This document shows positions 40,506 to 50,621 of a stretch of 64,000 bases of DNA, in pieces; positions within the stretch are counted from its first letter, which is position 1; the number at the start of each line of letters is the position of its first letter. This DNA is from Candidatus Marinacidobacterales bacterium (GTDB taxonomy: Bacteria > Acidobacteriota > Vicinamibacteria > Marinacidobacterales > DATDRI01), in the NCBI GenBank assembly GCA_965226495.1, contig OZ245365.1, positions 1 to 64,000 on the forward strand, read 5' to 3'. The notes under the pieces are model-generated. The model had not been told where the DNA came from, did no database searches, and saw only the letters and a list, made by a program, of their open reading frames with translations. A program made the translations under genes and the position numbers.

Positions 40506-41459
40506 ATGCGCGGACGATATCTACTGGGAGTGTTCGTGCTCCCGAGCCTACTGAGTGCTTTTTCTTTGCCCGGTGTCGGCGACGATTCCGATTACCGGGT
40601 AGTACATGGCTGGCCCTCCCTTCCCGAGGGCTTCGCCCTAGGGCAAGTGCCTGGCGTCGCCGTCGATTCACACGATCACGTTTTCGTGTTCCATCGCGGC
40701 AATCGTCCTATCATCAGTTTGGATGGCGAGAGCGGGGAGATCGTAGCCTCATGGGGTGACGGTCTCTTTGGGAACCCGCACGGGTTGGCAATCGACCAAG
40801 AAGACAACGTGTGGGTCACCGACATGGGGTCGCATCAAGTCTTCAAGTTCAGTCACGAAGGTGAGCTCCTCATGACGCTGGGTGAGAAGGATGTGCCGGC
40901 TTGGGATGAGACGCATTTCAATGAACCGGCGGACATTGCGGTGACGCCAAACGGCGATTTCTACGTCGCCGACGGATACGGAAACCAGAGGATTGCCAAG
41001 TTCTCTAAGGAGGGTCGTTTCCTACTCGAGTGGGGCAGCAAGGGCGAGGAGCCGGGAGAATTTGGTCAGCCGCACGGAATCGCGCTCGATGCCGAGGGCC
41101 GAGTCTACATTGCCGATCGCACCACTTCTCGAATTCAGGTCTTCGATGAGAACGGCAAGTTTCTCGATCAGTGGAAGTCCGAGGAGCTCGGAAGCCCCTG
41201 GGGTTTAGATGTCGGGCCCCGAGGTTTCTTGTACATGGTGGACGGTGGTGACTTCAAAGAAAAGCCTCCCGAGCGCAATCGGGCTTTGAAGCTCGATCTT
41301 AAGGGAAACATTCTTGCCAAGTGGGGCTCCTTCGGCAAGTACGACGGACAGTTTTATTGGGCCCACGACGTTGCGGTCTCGAAGAGCGGCGCGGTTTACG
41401 TCGTCGATGTGAACGTCGGAATGCGCGTACAGAAATTTATCCAGCTGGAAAGCCAGTGA
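40506..41459 (+). CDS. NHL-repeat protein, peptidyl-alpha-hydroxyglycine lyase-like
   Basis: PHGLAID, YVADGYGNQRI repeats; signal peptide. Confidence 0.85.
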   Translation: MRGRYLLGVFVLPSLLSAFSLPGVGDDSDYRVVHGWPSLPEGFALGQVPGVAVDSHDHVFVFHRGNRPIISLDGESGEIVASWGDGLFGNPHGLAIDQEDNVWVTDMGSHQVFKFSHEGELLMTLGEKDVPAWDETHFNEPADIAVTPNGDFYVADGYGNQRIAKFSKEGRFLLEWGSKGEEPGEFGQPHGIALDAEGRVYIADRTTSRIQVFDENGKFLDQWKSEELGSPWGLDVGPRGFLYMVDGGDFKEKPPERNRALKLDLKGNILAKWGSFGKYDGQFYWAHDVAVSKSGAVYVVDVNVGMRVQKFIQLESQ

Positions 41460-41472
41460 TCATTACGCGTGA

Positions 41473-42580
41473 TTAACTACGAATCTGTAGCTGTCCTGCT
41501 GGTATGTCGGCGATTCGCGAGAGGGGGGACGTCTCGGCTTCGCCGGGTGAAAGCAACCCAAAAATTTCATCCGTGATGCCGAAGGTGGCCATCGCGTTTC
41601 GCAGGTCGTCGACCGGCTTGTCTTGTCCTTCCTCCGAGAGGCGGAACGTGCCGTAGTGCATCGCGAGACTTCGAAAGGCCCCGAGCTCTCGGTGCGCCCG
41701 CACCGCTTCGGCGGGATTCAGATGCACCGGCCCCATCAACCACTGGGGTTCGTAGGCGCCGATGGGAAGGATGGCTAGCCGTATGGGACCGAATGTCTCC
41801 GCCGTCTCCACGAAGTGCGCGCCGTAGCTCGTATCCCCCGCGAAGTACACGCCTCCGCCCGGGCTCGCTATCAGAAAACTCACCCAAAGGTTTCGTTGTC
41901 GATCGACGAACCCGCGTCCGGAGAAATGACGGCAGCGTTCCGCAATGATCGAGATCGGCTCGACGTCGAACGCCTCACCCCAGTCGAGCTCGCGTATACG
42001 CTCGATCCCGTGTCGTTTGAGCATCGCACGATTGCCCAGCCCGACGACGAACTCGGGATCGTGCTTTTTCGCGAGCGCATTCAGGGTGGGGATGTCCGTA
42101 TGATCGTAGTGGTTGTGACTGACGAGGACAAAATCGATCGGCGGAAGCTCGGCGAGTGCCAATCCCGGGGCATGACGTCGGCGTGGACCGATAAAAGAGA
42201 AGGGGCTCGCGCGTTCGGACCAGACCGGGTCGGTCAGCAAGTTGATGCCGTCGAGCTGAATGAGTGTCGTGGCGTGGTTGATGAAAGTGACCCTTAGCTC
42301 GCCGGGACCCACTCGTTCGGGAGGAGGGGGGCGCCTTCGGTATGTCGCGCCAATTGTCCCAAGGCCCCGAGTTCGTCGTAAGCAGATACCGGATGCCCTT
42401 GCCAAAATTCGGAAGCTCCACCGGTTCCCGATTTCGGAAATGCTCACCATCGAAATGATCGGTTTCCGGGCCCGAGTAGCCGGGTGCGCTGACCCAGCGC
42501 CCGATGACGTTCGAGACGATGAAAACGAGTCCAACGACACCCAGAAACGCATAGAGCATAGTAACCAGTAGTCCCTTCAT
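41473..42580 (-). pseudogene. MBL-fold metallohydrolase (NAPE-PLD-like), frameshift near 42330
   Basis: SHNHYDH, FAGDT, PIGAYEP; the N-terminus (TDHFDGEHFRN) is in another frame. Confidence 0.8.
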
Positions 42581-43034
42581 CCGGTAGGACCGGGCCTGCT
42601 AAGCCTAGGGCCGTGACCGAACCCTCCAGGGGGGTCAGCGCACATGAACGCCCGCTTACTTACGTTTGCGGGACGCTTTGGGTCGGGCTCCAGCTTTCCG
42701 TCTCGCCGAGCGGCGGGAATCCGAAGATTTCGCCTGGCGCGTTCGTGCCGCGCTCGGCTCGTATCTCCAAAGCGTTCCGTCCACCATCCCACTCACGAGG
42801 AGTCGCCCGTCGACGATCGAGCAGCCGTTGAAATACGCGCCCTTCTCACGTTGGACCCCCACCACGCGACCTTCGACCAGGTCGACTGTCACGATATACC
42901 CACCCTCATCGACTACGCCATCCGGTTTTCGTACGCGCTGGGCTGCGAATCCCATAGCGTGGGCGCCGCGCGTTCCGCTTCGACGATCGTTTTCCCGTTA
43001 GATCGGTTCAGAATCAGAAGATGGCCATTGTTAG

Positions 43035-43937
43035 TCAGGCCTTCGGATGACTCTTCTCGTACACCTTCAAAAGCCTGGCTGTCGAAAGGTGAGTGTACTT
43101 CTGCGTCGTCGATAGGCTCGAGTGGCCGAGCAGTTCTTGTATCGATCGCAAGTCCGCTCCACGTTCGAGTAGGTGTGTGGCAAAGGCGTGTCTGAGGCTG
43201 TGAGGCGAAAGCCCCGAGCGAAGCGCCGCCTGCGTCAAATACTTTCGAACCAGGCGGTGGACGCTCCGTGAAGTGAGTCGCTGTCCGCGCGCGTTCAGGA
43301 AGAGCGCGTCGGTGCCCGGTCCTCGCCGGGCGAGCTCTTGTCGGTCTTGAATGTAATTTTCGAGAGCCGCCGCCGCTGGCTCACCGTAAGGGACGAGCCG
43401 TTCTTTGCGTCCCTTTCCTTGGGCTCGCACCAGTCGCGCATCCCGTTCGATGGAGCTGCGATCGAGCCCCACCAATTCGCCGACCCGGAGTCCCGTTGCG
43501 TAGATCAACTCTAAGATCGCGTAGTCGCGCCTCCCGAGCGGCTCTGTCCTGTCCGGAGAGTCGATGAGTCTCTCGACCTCGCTTTCTTCCATGCGATCAG
43601 GGATTTTCTTTTCTTGCCGAGGGGTTGCGATCAAACGAGCCGGGTTCTTCTCGAGTCTCCCTTCGCGTGTGAGAAATCGGAAGAACGTGCGAAGGGCGGC
43701 GAGCTTGCGAGCGATCGAAGATCGCGCCGTCCCTTTGTTGTGTAGGTGAGCAAGAAACCCGCGGAGCGTCAGCACGTCGACGTCCCCGGGAGTGAGCTTC
43801 TTGGGGTCCATGCCCCACTCATCGACGAGAAAGCCGGTGAACTGATTGAGGTCGGCGCGGTAACTCTTGACGGTGTGCGCGGAGACTCCGCGCCGGTGTT
43901 CCAAATCGTCCAAAAACGCTTTCTGGGCGCCCAGCAT
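43035..43937 (-). CDS. xerC: Tyrosine recombinase XerC
   Basis: YATGLR, GKGRKER, HSLRH, LGH, TQKY; context next to trmFO and topA. Confidence 0.88.
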   Translation of the reverse strand: MLGAQKAFLDDLEHRRGVSAHTVKSYRADLNQFTGFLVDEWGMDPKKLTPGDVDVLTLRGFLAHLHNKGTARSSIARKLAALRTFFRFLTREGRLEKNPARLIATPRQEKKIPDRMEESEVERLIDSPDRTEPLGRRDYAILELIYATGLRVGELVGLDRSSIERDARLVRAQGKGRKERLVPYGEPAAAALENYIQDRQELARRGPGTDALFLNARGQRLTSRSVHRLVRKYLTQAALRSGLSPHSLRHAFATHLLERGADLRSIQELLGHSSLSTTQKYTHLSTARLLKVYEKSHPKA

Positions 43938-45268
43938 CAGTGAGGCGTTTCTTTCGTGATGGTAACGGAGTTCGCTGAGGCGGCGAAGTCATCGATGTCG
44001 TTCAAGGCGCGTCGCCCGAGCTCCCGTTTGCGTTCGCTCTTTTTTCGCACGTGTGTTTCGAGGCGCGGGAAGAGTCCAAACGCAATGTTCGTGGGCTGAT
44101 AATTCTCGGTGTTGGAGTGAGAGATGTAGAACGCCAGCGACCCCAAAGCCGTGGTGCGCGGTGGCGTCAAAGGCGTCAGCTCACGAGACAATCGAGCCGC
44201 GTTGATCCCGGCGAGAAGCCCAGAGGCCGCCGATTCGGTATAGCCTTCCACTCCCGAGATCTGCCCGGCAAAGAACAAGTCGGCGCGTTGGCGCGTCTGA
44301 AACGTTGATCTCAACACCGCGGGCGAGTTGATATATGTGTTGCGATGGATCATTCCGAAGCGGGAAAACTCGGCGTTCTCGAGGCCGGGGACCATCCGGA
44401 GCAGATTCCTCTGTTCGCCCCACTTGAGCTGATTCTGAAAACCGACGATGTTGTAGAGGCTCGCGGCCAAATCGTCCTGGCGAAGTTGCACTACGGCGAA
44501 AGGCCGTTTTTCGGTGCGGGGGTCGATCAGGCCGACCGGTTTCAGGGGGCCGAAGCGGAGCGTGTCGTAGCCACGACGCGCCATGACCTCGATGGGAAGG
44601 CATCCTTCGAAGAACTTGTCGATGTCGTGGAGATCGACGGAGGCGGCCGATACCAGCGTTTCATGGAATCGCTGGTACTCCTCCTCGTTCATTGGGCAAT
44701 TGATGTAATCGTCCCCACCCTTCCCATAGCGTGAGGCGCGAAATGCCTTGGTCATGTCAATGCTTTCCGCTTCCACCACCGGGCTGAGCGCATCGTAGAA
44801 GTAAAGACTCTGTTTGCCGGTGAATCGAGTAATCGACTCCGTCAGCGCTTCCGAAGTGAGAGGTCCACTCGCGACCACGACGATCCCTTCTTCCGGGATC
44901 GAAGGGACTTCTTCTCGGCGCAGCGTGATTTTCGGAGAGCGAGTGATCGCTTCGGTCAAATGAGAGGCGAAGAGGTTACGGTCGACCGCAAGGGCGGAGC
45001 CGGCGGGTACTCGCGCTCGGTCCGCTGCTTGCATCACCAGGGAGTCGAGCCGCCTCATCTCCTCCTTCAAAACGCCGTGAGCGGTTTCGAGGCGATCGGA
45101 TCGGAGGGAATTGCTACAAACAAGCTCGGCCAGTTGGTCAGTGCGATGGACGGGAGTTGGACGGTGGGGTCGCATCTCGAAGAGATGAACCGGGGTGTCC
45201 CTTTTGGCAATCTGCCAGGCCGCTTCGACTCCCGCTAGCCCGCCGCCGATTACCGTGACGTGCGGCAT
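43937..45268 (-). CDS. trmFO: tRNA (uracil-5-)-methyltransferase TrmFO
   Basis: GGGLAG.EAA, AELVCSNS, AGQISGVEGY. Confidence 0.95.
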   Translation of the reverse strand: MPHVTVIGGGLAGVEAAWQIAKRDTPVHLFEMRPHRPTPVHRTDQLAELVCSNSLRSDRLETAHGVLKEEMRRLDSLVMQAADRARVPAGSALAVDRNLFASHLTEAITRSPKITLRREEVPSIPEEGIVVVASGPLTSEALTESITRFTGKQSLYFYDALSPVVEAESIDMTKAFRASRYGKGGDDYINCPMNEEEYQRFHETLVSAASVDLHDIDKFFEGCLPIEVMARRGYDTLRFGPLKPVGLIDPRTEKRPFAVVQLRQDDLAASLYNIVGFQNQLKWGEQRNLLRMVPGLENAEFSRFGMIHRNTYINSPAVLRSTFQTRQRADLFFAGQISGVEGYTESAASGLLAGINAARLSRELTPLTPPRTTALGSLAFYISHSNTENYQPTNIAFGLFPRLETHVRKKSERKRELGRRALNDIDDFAASANSVTITKETPH

Positions 45269-45294
45269 TTTGCTATGTGTCTAGGCCATTGTGT

Positions 45295-47796
45295 CTAGGT
45301 GGCGCTGGTTTCCGCGGTTTCCGCACTCTCCTCGGTTTCCTCGGTTTCCTCGGTTTTCGCGGCGGTGCGTTTGAACTTGCACTCTTCCTTGTAACAGGCC
45401 AAATAGTCCCCGTCGCGCTTGGAAGTCTTTTCTATCAACAGCGGAGCGCCACACTCCGGGCAGGGCTCGTTCACCGGCTTGTACCAGACGGTGAAGTCGC
45501 AGTCGGGATATTGGCCACAGCCATAAAAGAGCTTGCCGCGTCGCGAGCGTCGCTCGACAATCTGTCCGCCGCAGGCTTCTTTCGGGCAAGCCACGCCGAT
45601 TTCCTTCTGCTTGATGTATTTGCAGTCCGGATAGTTGCTGCAGGCGGTGAACTCTCCGAAGCGACCATGTTTGAGAACCAAGTGGTTCTCGCAGCGGGGA
45701 CACTTCTCGTCGAGCGCAACATCCGCCTTCGACGCTACACTTCCGTCCTTGCCACGAAGGATGCGTCGCGTATTCTTGCAATCGGGATACCCCGAGCAGG
45801 CTAGAAACTGACCGTAGCGGCCCTTCTTGAGTACCATGGGCTTCGTGCATTTCTCGCAGGTCTCGCCTTCGAAATTGTCTGGATCGGCGGAACCGTTGAC
45901 CCCGTAATTTTGCACCTCGCGGGTGTTCCGGCACTCGGGATAGGCCGAGCAGGCGAGAAAGTGTCCGAACCGGCCCCACTTGATGACCATCTTCGAGTTG
46001 CACTTATCGCAGGTTTCTTCGGTAGGGATCTCTTGTGCCTTCACGTTGGTCATGTTGGTCTGGGCTTCTTCGAGATCCTTGCGGAACTTCTTGTAGAACT
46101 CGTCGACCGTGGAGAGGTAATTTGCTCTGCCCTCCTCGATATCGTCCAGGAGCTCCTCCATACGAGCGGTGTATTCCACCTCCATGAGGTCGGCGAAGTT
46201 CTTGGTCAACAGATCGGTGACCAGGAAACCGAGCTCGGTGGGCACGAACTTGCGTTGTTCCTTATTGACGTACTCTCGATACTGAAGCACGGAAAGGATC
46301 GACGCGTAGGTGCTCGGACGGCCGATACCTTTCTCTTCGAGCTCCTTGACCAGAGACGCCTCGGTGAATTGCGGCGGCGGCTGGGTGAAGTGCTGCTCCG
46401 GGTTGATCGACTGGCGGCTTAGTTGCTCATCCTTCTCGAGCTTCGGGAGCTTGCCAGAGGTCTCGGTAGGAGGGGCCTTGGTATCCGCTTCATCCGTCTC
46501 GGAATCCTTTTTGGTGGCTTCCTCGTCCTTGCCTTCCTCGTAGAGGCCGAGAAAGCCCGGGAACTTCATCACTGAACCGCGCGCCCTCAGGTCGTAGCGG
46601 CCGGCCTTGATGTCCACCACGGTCTCATCGAAGACGGCGGGCGGCATCTGGGACGCAACGAACCGATTCCAGATGAGCTTGTAGAGCTTGTACTCGTCCT
46701 TGTCGAGATAGTCCGAGACACTATCCGGCTCGCGCATGGAGGAGGTAGGCCGGATGGCCTCGTGCGCGTCTTGAGCCCCTTTCTTGCTTCGAAAAACGTT
46801 CGGTTTGTCGGGAACCATTTCCTTCCCGAAGCGCTGGCCGATGTACTCGCGAACTTCTTCCAAGGCTTCGTTGGCCACTCGCGTCGAATCGGTCCTCATA
46901 TAGGTGATGAGACCGATCGGACCTTCGCTGCCGAGCTCGATGCCTTCGTAGAGCCTCTGCGCGACCATCATGGTGCGCTTGGCAGTGAAGCTGAGCTTGC
47001 GCGCCGCCTCCTGCTGGAGCTTGCTGGTGATGAAGGGCGGGACCGGGTGTCGCTTCCGCTCTTTGGCGGTAATCTTGGCGATCTGAAACTCGAGTTTTTC
47101 GAGCTCGGACGTAACCTCGCGAGCCCGTTCCTCGTTGTTGATGTCGAAGGCCTTGCCTTTGATCTTGACGAGCTTGGCCATGAACGAGGGAGGCTCTTTT
47201 CCAAGAAGCTCCGCATGGATCGACCAGTACTCTTCCGACTTGAAGGCCTGGATTTCTCGTTCGCGGTCACACACGAGACGTAGAGCAACCGATTGAACGC
47301 GTCCCGCGGATAGCCCTCGACGTACCTTGTCCCAAAGGAGGGGTGAGAGCTGATAACCCACCAAGCGATCTAGGACTCTCCTCGCTTGCTGTGCGTCGAC
47401 TTTGTTCTGGTCGATCTCCCCGGGGTTTTTGAAGGCCTCCTGAATCGCTTTCTTGGTGATTTCGTTGAACATCACACGATGGATCTTGTTCTTCGGTCCC
47501 TTCAGCTCTTCGGCGAGATGGAAACAGATGGCCTCACCTTCACGATCGGGGTCGGGCGCTAAGTAGACATCCTTGACCTTCTTGGCCGCCTGCTTGAGCT
47601 CGGTGAGCAATTTTTTGCGCTTCGGAATGACGACGTAATTTGGATTGAAACCCTTGTCGACATCCACACCAAGCTTGCTCTTCGGCAAGTCCCGGACGTG
47701 TCCCATGGAGGCTTTGACCAGGTAGTCCCGTCCCAGGAATTTGTTGATGGTTTTCGCCTTCGCAGGCGACTCTACGATAACCAGCGATTTGGCCAT
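45295..47796 (-). CDS. topA: DNA topoisomerase I
   Basis: VESPAKAKTI, SAGRVQS, ITYMRTDS, C-terminal zinc ribbons. Confidence 0.97.
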   Translation of the reverse strand: MAKSLVIVESPAKAKTINKFLGRDYLVKASMGHVRDLPKSKLGVDVDKGFNPNYVVIPKRKKLLTELKQAAKKVKDVYLAPDPDREGEAICFHLAEELKGPKNKIHRVMFNEITKKAIQEAFKNPGEIDQNKVDAQQARRVLDRLVGYQLSPLLWDKVRRGLSAGRVQSVALRLVCDREREIQAFKSEEYWSIHAELLGKEPPSFMAKLVKIKGKAFDINNEERAREVTSELEKLEFQIAKITAKERKRHPVPPFITSKLQQEAARKLSFTAKRTMMVAQRLYEGIELGSEGPIGLITYMRTDSTRVANEALEEVREYIGQRFGKEMVPDKPNVFRSKKGAQDAHEAIRPTSSMREPDSVSDYLDKDEYKLYKLIWNRFVASQMPPAVFDETVVDIKAGRYDLRARGSVMKFPGFLGLYEEGKDEEATKKDSETDEADTKAPPTETSGKLPKLEKDEQLSRQSINPEQHFTQPPPQFTEASLVKELEEKGIGRPSTYASILSVLQYREYVNKEQRKFVPTELGFLVTDLLTKNFADLMEVEYTARMEELLDDIEEGRANYLSTVDEFYKKFRKDLEEAQTNMTNVKAQEIPTEETCDKCNSKMVIKWGRFGHFLACSAYPECRNTREVQNYGVNGSADPDNFEGETCEKCTKPMVLKKGRYGQFLACSGYPDCKNTRRILRGKDGSVASKADVALDEKCPRCENHLVLKHGRFGEFTACSNYPDCKYIKQKEIGVACPKEACGGQIVERRSRRGKLFYGCGQYPDCDFTVWYKPVNEPCPECGAPLLIEKTSKRDGDYLACYKEECKFKRTAAKTEETEETEESAETAETSAT

Positions 47797-47947
47797 GATC
47801 CTAGTTTAGCGCCTCATGCAAGTTTTTTACCAACGGAGGTTCAAACAGGGATTCCGTCTCCCCCATTTATCCAGATCAAAGGTCGTCACTAACGAGTATC
47901 TCGGTCAGCATCAACCGAGGGCTCAACTCGGCTAATGAGTCCGACAG

Positions 47948-49072
47948 TCATCCTTTAATCCAGTAAAAACCTCCAGGCAACCCACTCACCAGCCCCTTGA
48001 TCCGAAGGCCGGCGAGCGCGGCCATAACCCTCGCCGGCGAAATGCCGGCGAGCTCGATCAAACGATCCGTATCTACTGTGCCAGAGTGTCGTAATCTATT
48101 GAACACGATCTGCTCGTCTTCTACAAGTTCCTTCGGGGAGACAGCCGATCGTCCATCCGCAGGCCCCCCTTCGGCTAGTCGCTCTTGGATCTCTGGTCTC
48201 AGCTCGTCGAGCACGTCCCCGACACAGGTGACGAGCTTGGCGCCATCTTGGATGAGTCGATGGACGCCGGTCGTGGTCTTGGAGTCGATCGGACCGGGTA
48301 CCGCGAACACTTCGCGGTTCTGCTCGAGCGCGTGACGAGCCGTAATGAGTGAGCCGCTTCGCTCCGCGGCCTCGACGACGACAGTTCCCAAGGTCATGCC
48401 GGCAATAACGCGATTGCGCATAGGAAAATGGCCAGGCAGCGGCGGACTCGTGAGTGGCAATTCTGAGATCACCGCGCCTTTCTCCGAGATCTCTTCTGCG
48501 AGCCGCCGGTGCTCGGGTGGGTAGATTCGATTGAGGCCGGAGCCCAAGACCGCAATCGTCCGTCCCCCCACTTCGAGTGCTGCACGGTGAGCCACGGCGT
48601 CGATGCCGCGCGCCATGCCGCTGACGATCGAGGCGCCTCGTCGAGCCAGTTCCGCAGCCAGTCTGTGACAGACAGCCATGCCGTAGGCGCTCGCCCGGCG
48701 CGAGCCGACCAGGGCGATGGAGTTTTCGTCGTCCTCGTCCAGGCTGCCCCATAAATAGAGGACCAGTGGAGGATCCACGGTCATCTTGAGAGAGGGTGGG
48801 TAATCGGCGGCCATCAAATCGAGAAGCCGGAACCCTTGCCGTGTAGCGTTTCGGTACTCGCCCTCGGCCTGTGCGATAAGGGTTCGAGGAATGGGGGAGG
48901 CCAAGCAGGTAAGGGCAGCTCGGTAGCTTTCGAATCGGCGGACTAACTCGACCTTTTTCCGCAACGGTAGCCCGGGGAGAAGGGAGAGGGCGAGGGCGTC
49001 AATCTGGGATGGCTGGGATGGCTGGGCTGGCGGGCCCCCTGGATGTTTGGCTGGGGCAATGGGTCGGTTCAT
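47948..49072 (-). CDS. dprA: DNA-processing protein DprA
   Basis: VGSR, SGMARGID, FPMRNR, SGSLITA. Confidence 0.93.
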   Translation of the reverse strand: MNRPIAPAKHPGGPPAQPSQPSQIDALALSLLPGLPLRKKVELVRRFESYRAALTCLASPIPRTLIAQAEGEYRNATRQGFRLLDLMAADYPPSLKMTVDPPLVLYLWGSLDEDDENSIALVGSRRASAYGMAVCHRLAAELARRGASIVSGMARGIDAVAHRAALEVGGRTIAVLGSGLNRIYPPEHRRLAEEISEKGAVISELPLTSPPLPGHFPMRNRVIAGMTLGTVVVEAAERSGSLITARHALEQNREVFAVPGPIDSKTTTGVHRLIQDGAKLVTCVGDVLDELRPEIQERLAEGGPADGRSAVSPKELVEDEQIVFNRLRHSGTVDTDRLIELAGISPARVMAALAGLRIKGLVSGLPGGFYWIKG

Positions 49073-49304
49073 TCCTTTTTGGCCTCTTAGTCTCAGTAAT
49101 GCCGGTTACAGCAGCGCCGAGGCTGCCCGTCTAAGCTTGGCGCCCGCAGGCTGTGGCATGAGGTAAGGGACGAGAAAAGGGCGGCTTCACCACCCCGCTC
49201 GGCCGTGCTTGCAGGACCCTGGGGCGTGGGATAACATACGGTGGCCTGCCTGCCCCCTGTGAAGGCGGCTTTTTTCATCTGACCGCCCCGTGCTAGGAAC
49301 GCCT

Positions 49305-49703
49305 ATGCGAAAGCTCGAGCACCGGTTGAGATCACGGATTACCACCCTCCTTGCACTCGCGCTCTTAGCCCTTGCCTGCCCGGCGTTCGCCGATCAGAAA
49401 CCCGAAGAGGTTGCCAAGAAGGAAGTCGAATTCGGGATCGAAGTTGCCCGAATCGGCCTCTGGCGCGAGGCGGTTTATCGATGGCAAAAAGCCGTAGAGA
49501 TCGACCCGTCGAACGCAAGTGCTCGTAACAACCTTGGGGTTGCCTACGAGCAAGCTGGCCAGTTCGACCTCGCCGACGAACAATACAAGCGGGCGCTCGA
49601 GCTGGACTCCAACAACCTGTACATTCGTCAGAACTACGAGCTTTTCAGGGAAGCCTATGAAAAAAGAAAGAGGAAGACCGGACGCAGCCGCCGTAGTCCG
49701 TAA
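49305..49703 (+). CDS. Exported TPR protein
   Basis: Signal peptide; NNLGVAYEQ TPR motif. Confidence 0.8.
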   Translation: MRKLEHRLRSRITTLLALALLALACPAFADQKPEEVAKKEVEFGIEVARIGLWREAVYRWQKAVEIDPSNASARNNLGVAYEQAGQFDLADEQYKRALELDSNNLYIRQNYELFREAYEKRKRKTGRSRRSP

Positions 49704-50514
49704 CCTTAGGAAGTTTGCCGCTAAAGTAGGAACCGGCGCTCTAGCCCTTACCGGAACCCTGTTCGCCATTTCCTTGGGCTCCTGTACCAATTACTACGAA
49801 GTACCGATCGAGATCCCGGTATCCGCTAAGCTCGATGTCTCCAACTACAACCGCGTCCTGGTCGCGAGTTTCGTCACTCAGACGACGGAAGACCTGGATC
49901 TCGATGCCGAAACGGTTCGCCTTTTGCGTAACCAGCTTCGAACACGTTCTCAGTTGCGGGTCTTGGAAGCGGAACTGGCGCCGCTCGGAGATTTTTCTGA
50001 GACGACTTTGAAGGGGAGCGGAAAGCTCGAGGAGTTCCGTCAACTGGAGGAGGAGGCGAGAGCCGAGGGCGAGGAAGAGATATCGAGGCAAGAGTGGATC
50101 GATATGGAGCAAGACAAGCTGCTTGCCGACTCAGACTATTGGAAGAAGATCGGTGAAGAGTATCAAGATCCCCTCATCGTCAGCGGCCGATTAACATTCA
50201 GCTCCGAGGCACGGTCTGGTTTTGCTCGAGGTGACCGCTACGTGCGGGACGCCTACGGCCGCCCGCGCTTGGTCCGCAGCACGCAGTTTCAGGAGAGGAC
50301 CGGCTTCATCTTGAACGCGGAGTTCTATTTCATCGATGGGCGTACCGGCAAATCAATTCACCGCGAGCGGTTTACCGAAGAGGTAATCTACGGTCGGGAC
50401 GAGAAAACTTCGGCCCTGTCCTCCTATTTCGAGCTGATGGATCGTTTGCTGCCCAATTTCCTGAGTATCCTGAGCCCCCAAACATTTCGAGGAACGCGTA
50501 TTCTCTTGAAATGA
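49657..50514 (+). CDS. Putative lipoprotein
   Basis: Hydrophobic stretch plus LGSC lipobox; start uncertain. Confidence 0.65.
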   Translation: MKKERGRPDAAAVVRNLRKFAAKVGTGALALTGTLFAISLGSCTNYYEVPIEIPVSAKLDVSNYNRVLVASFVTQTTEDLDLDAETVRLLRNQLRTRSQLRVLEAELAPLGDFSETTLKGSGKLEEFRQLEEEARAEGEEEISRQEWIDMEQDKLLADSDYWKKIGEEYQDPLIVSGRLTFSSEARSGFARGDRYVRDAYGRPRLVRSTQFQERTGFILNAEFYFIDGRTGKSIHRERFTEEVIYGRDEKTSALSSYFELMDRLLPNFLSILSPQTFRGTRILLK

Positions 50515-50621
50515 CCGACAACGATCTGATTCAACAACGATAGCAATCCAAGCTAGCGAAGCCGCTTCTTTCTTCGCTCGGTCTTGGGATCAACAGGTAG
50601 ATTCAGCAGCGAGGTACGGCA

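Noticed and set aside
42656-43030. Possible small gene (PilZ-like RxxxR) after xerC
   Set aside because: In-frame stop upstream and no convincing motif
43035-43937. Island or integron integrase
   Set aside because: Housekeeping XerC size and context (trmFO, topA, dprA)
45305-45360. 9-bp repeats at the topA 3' end
   Set aside because: Low-complexity acidic tail only
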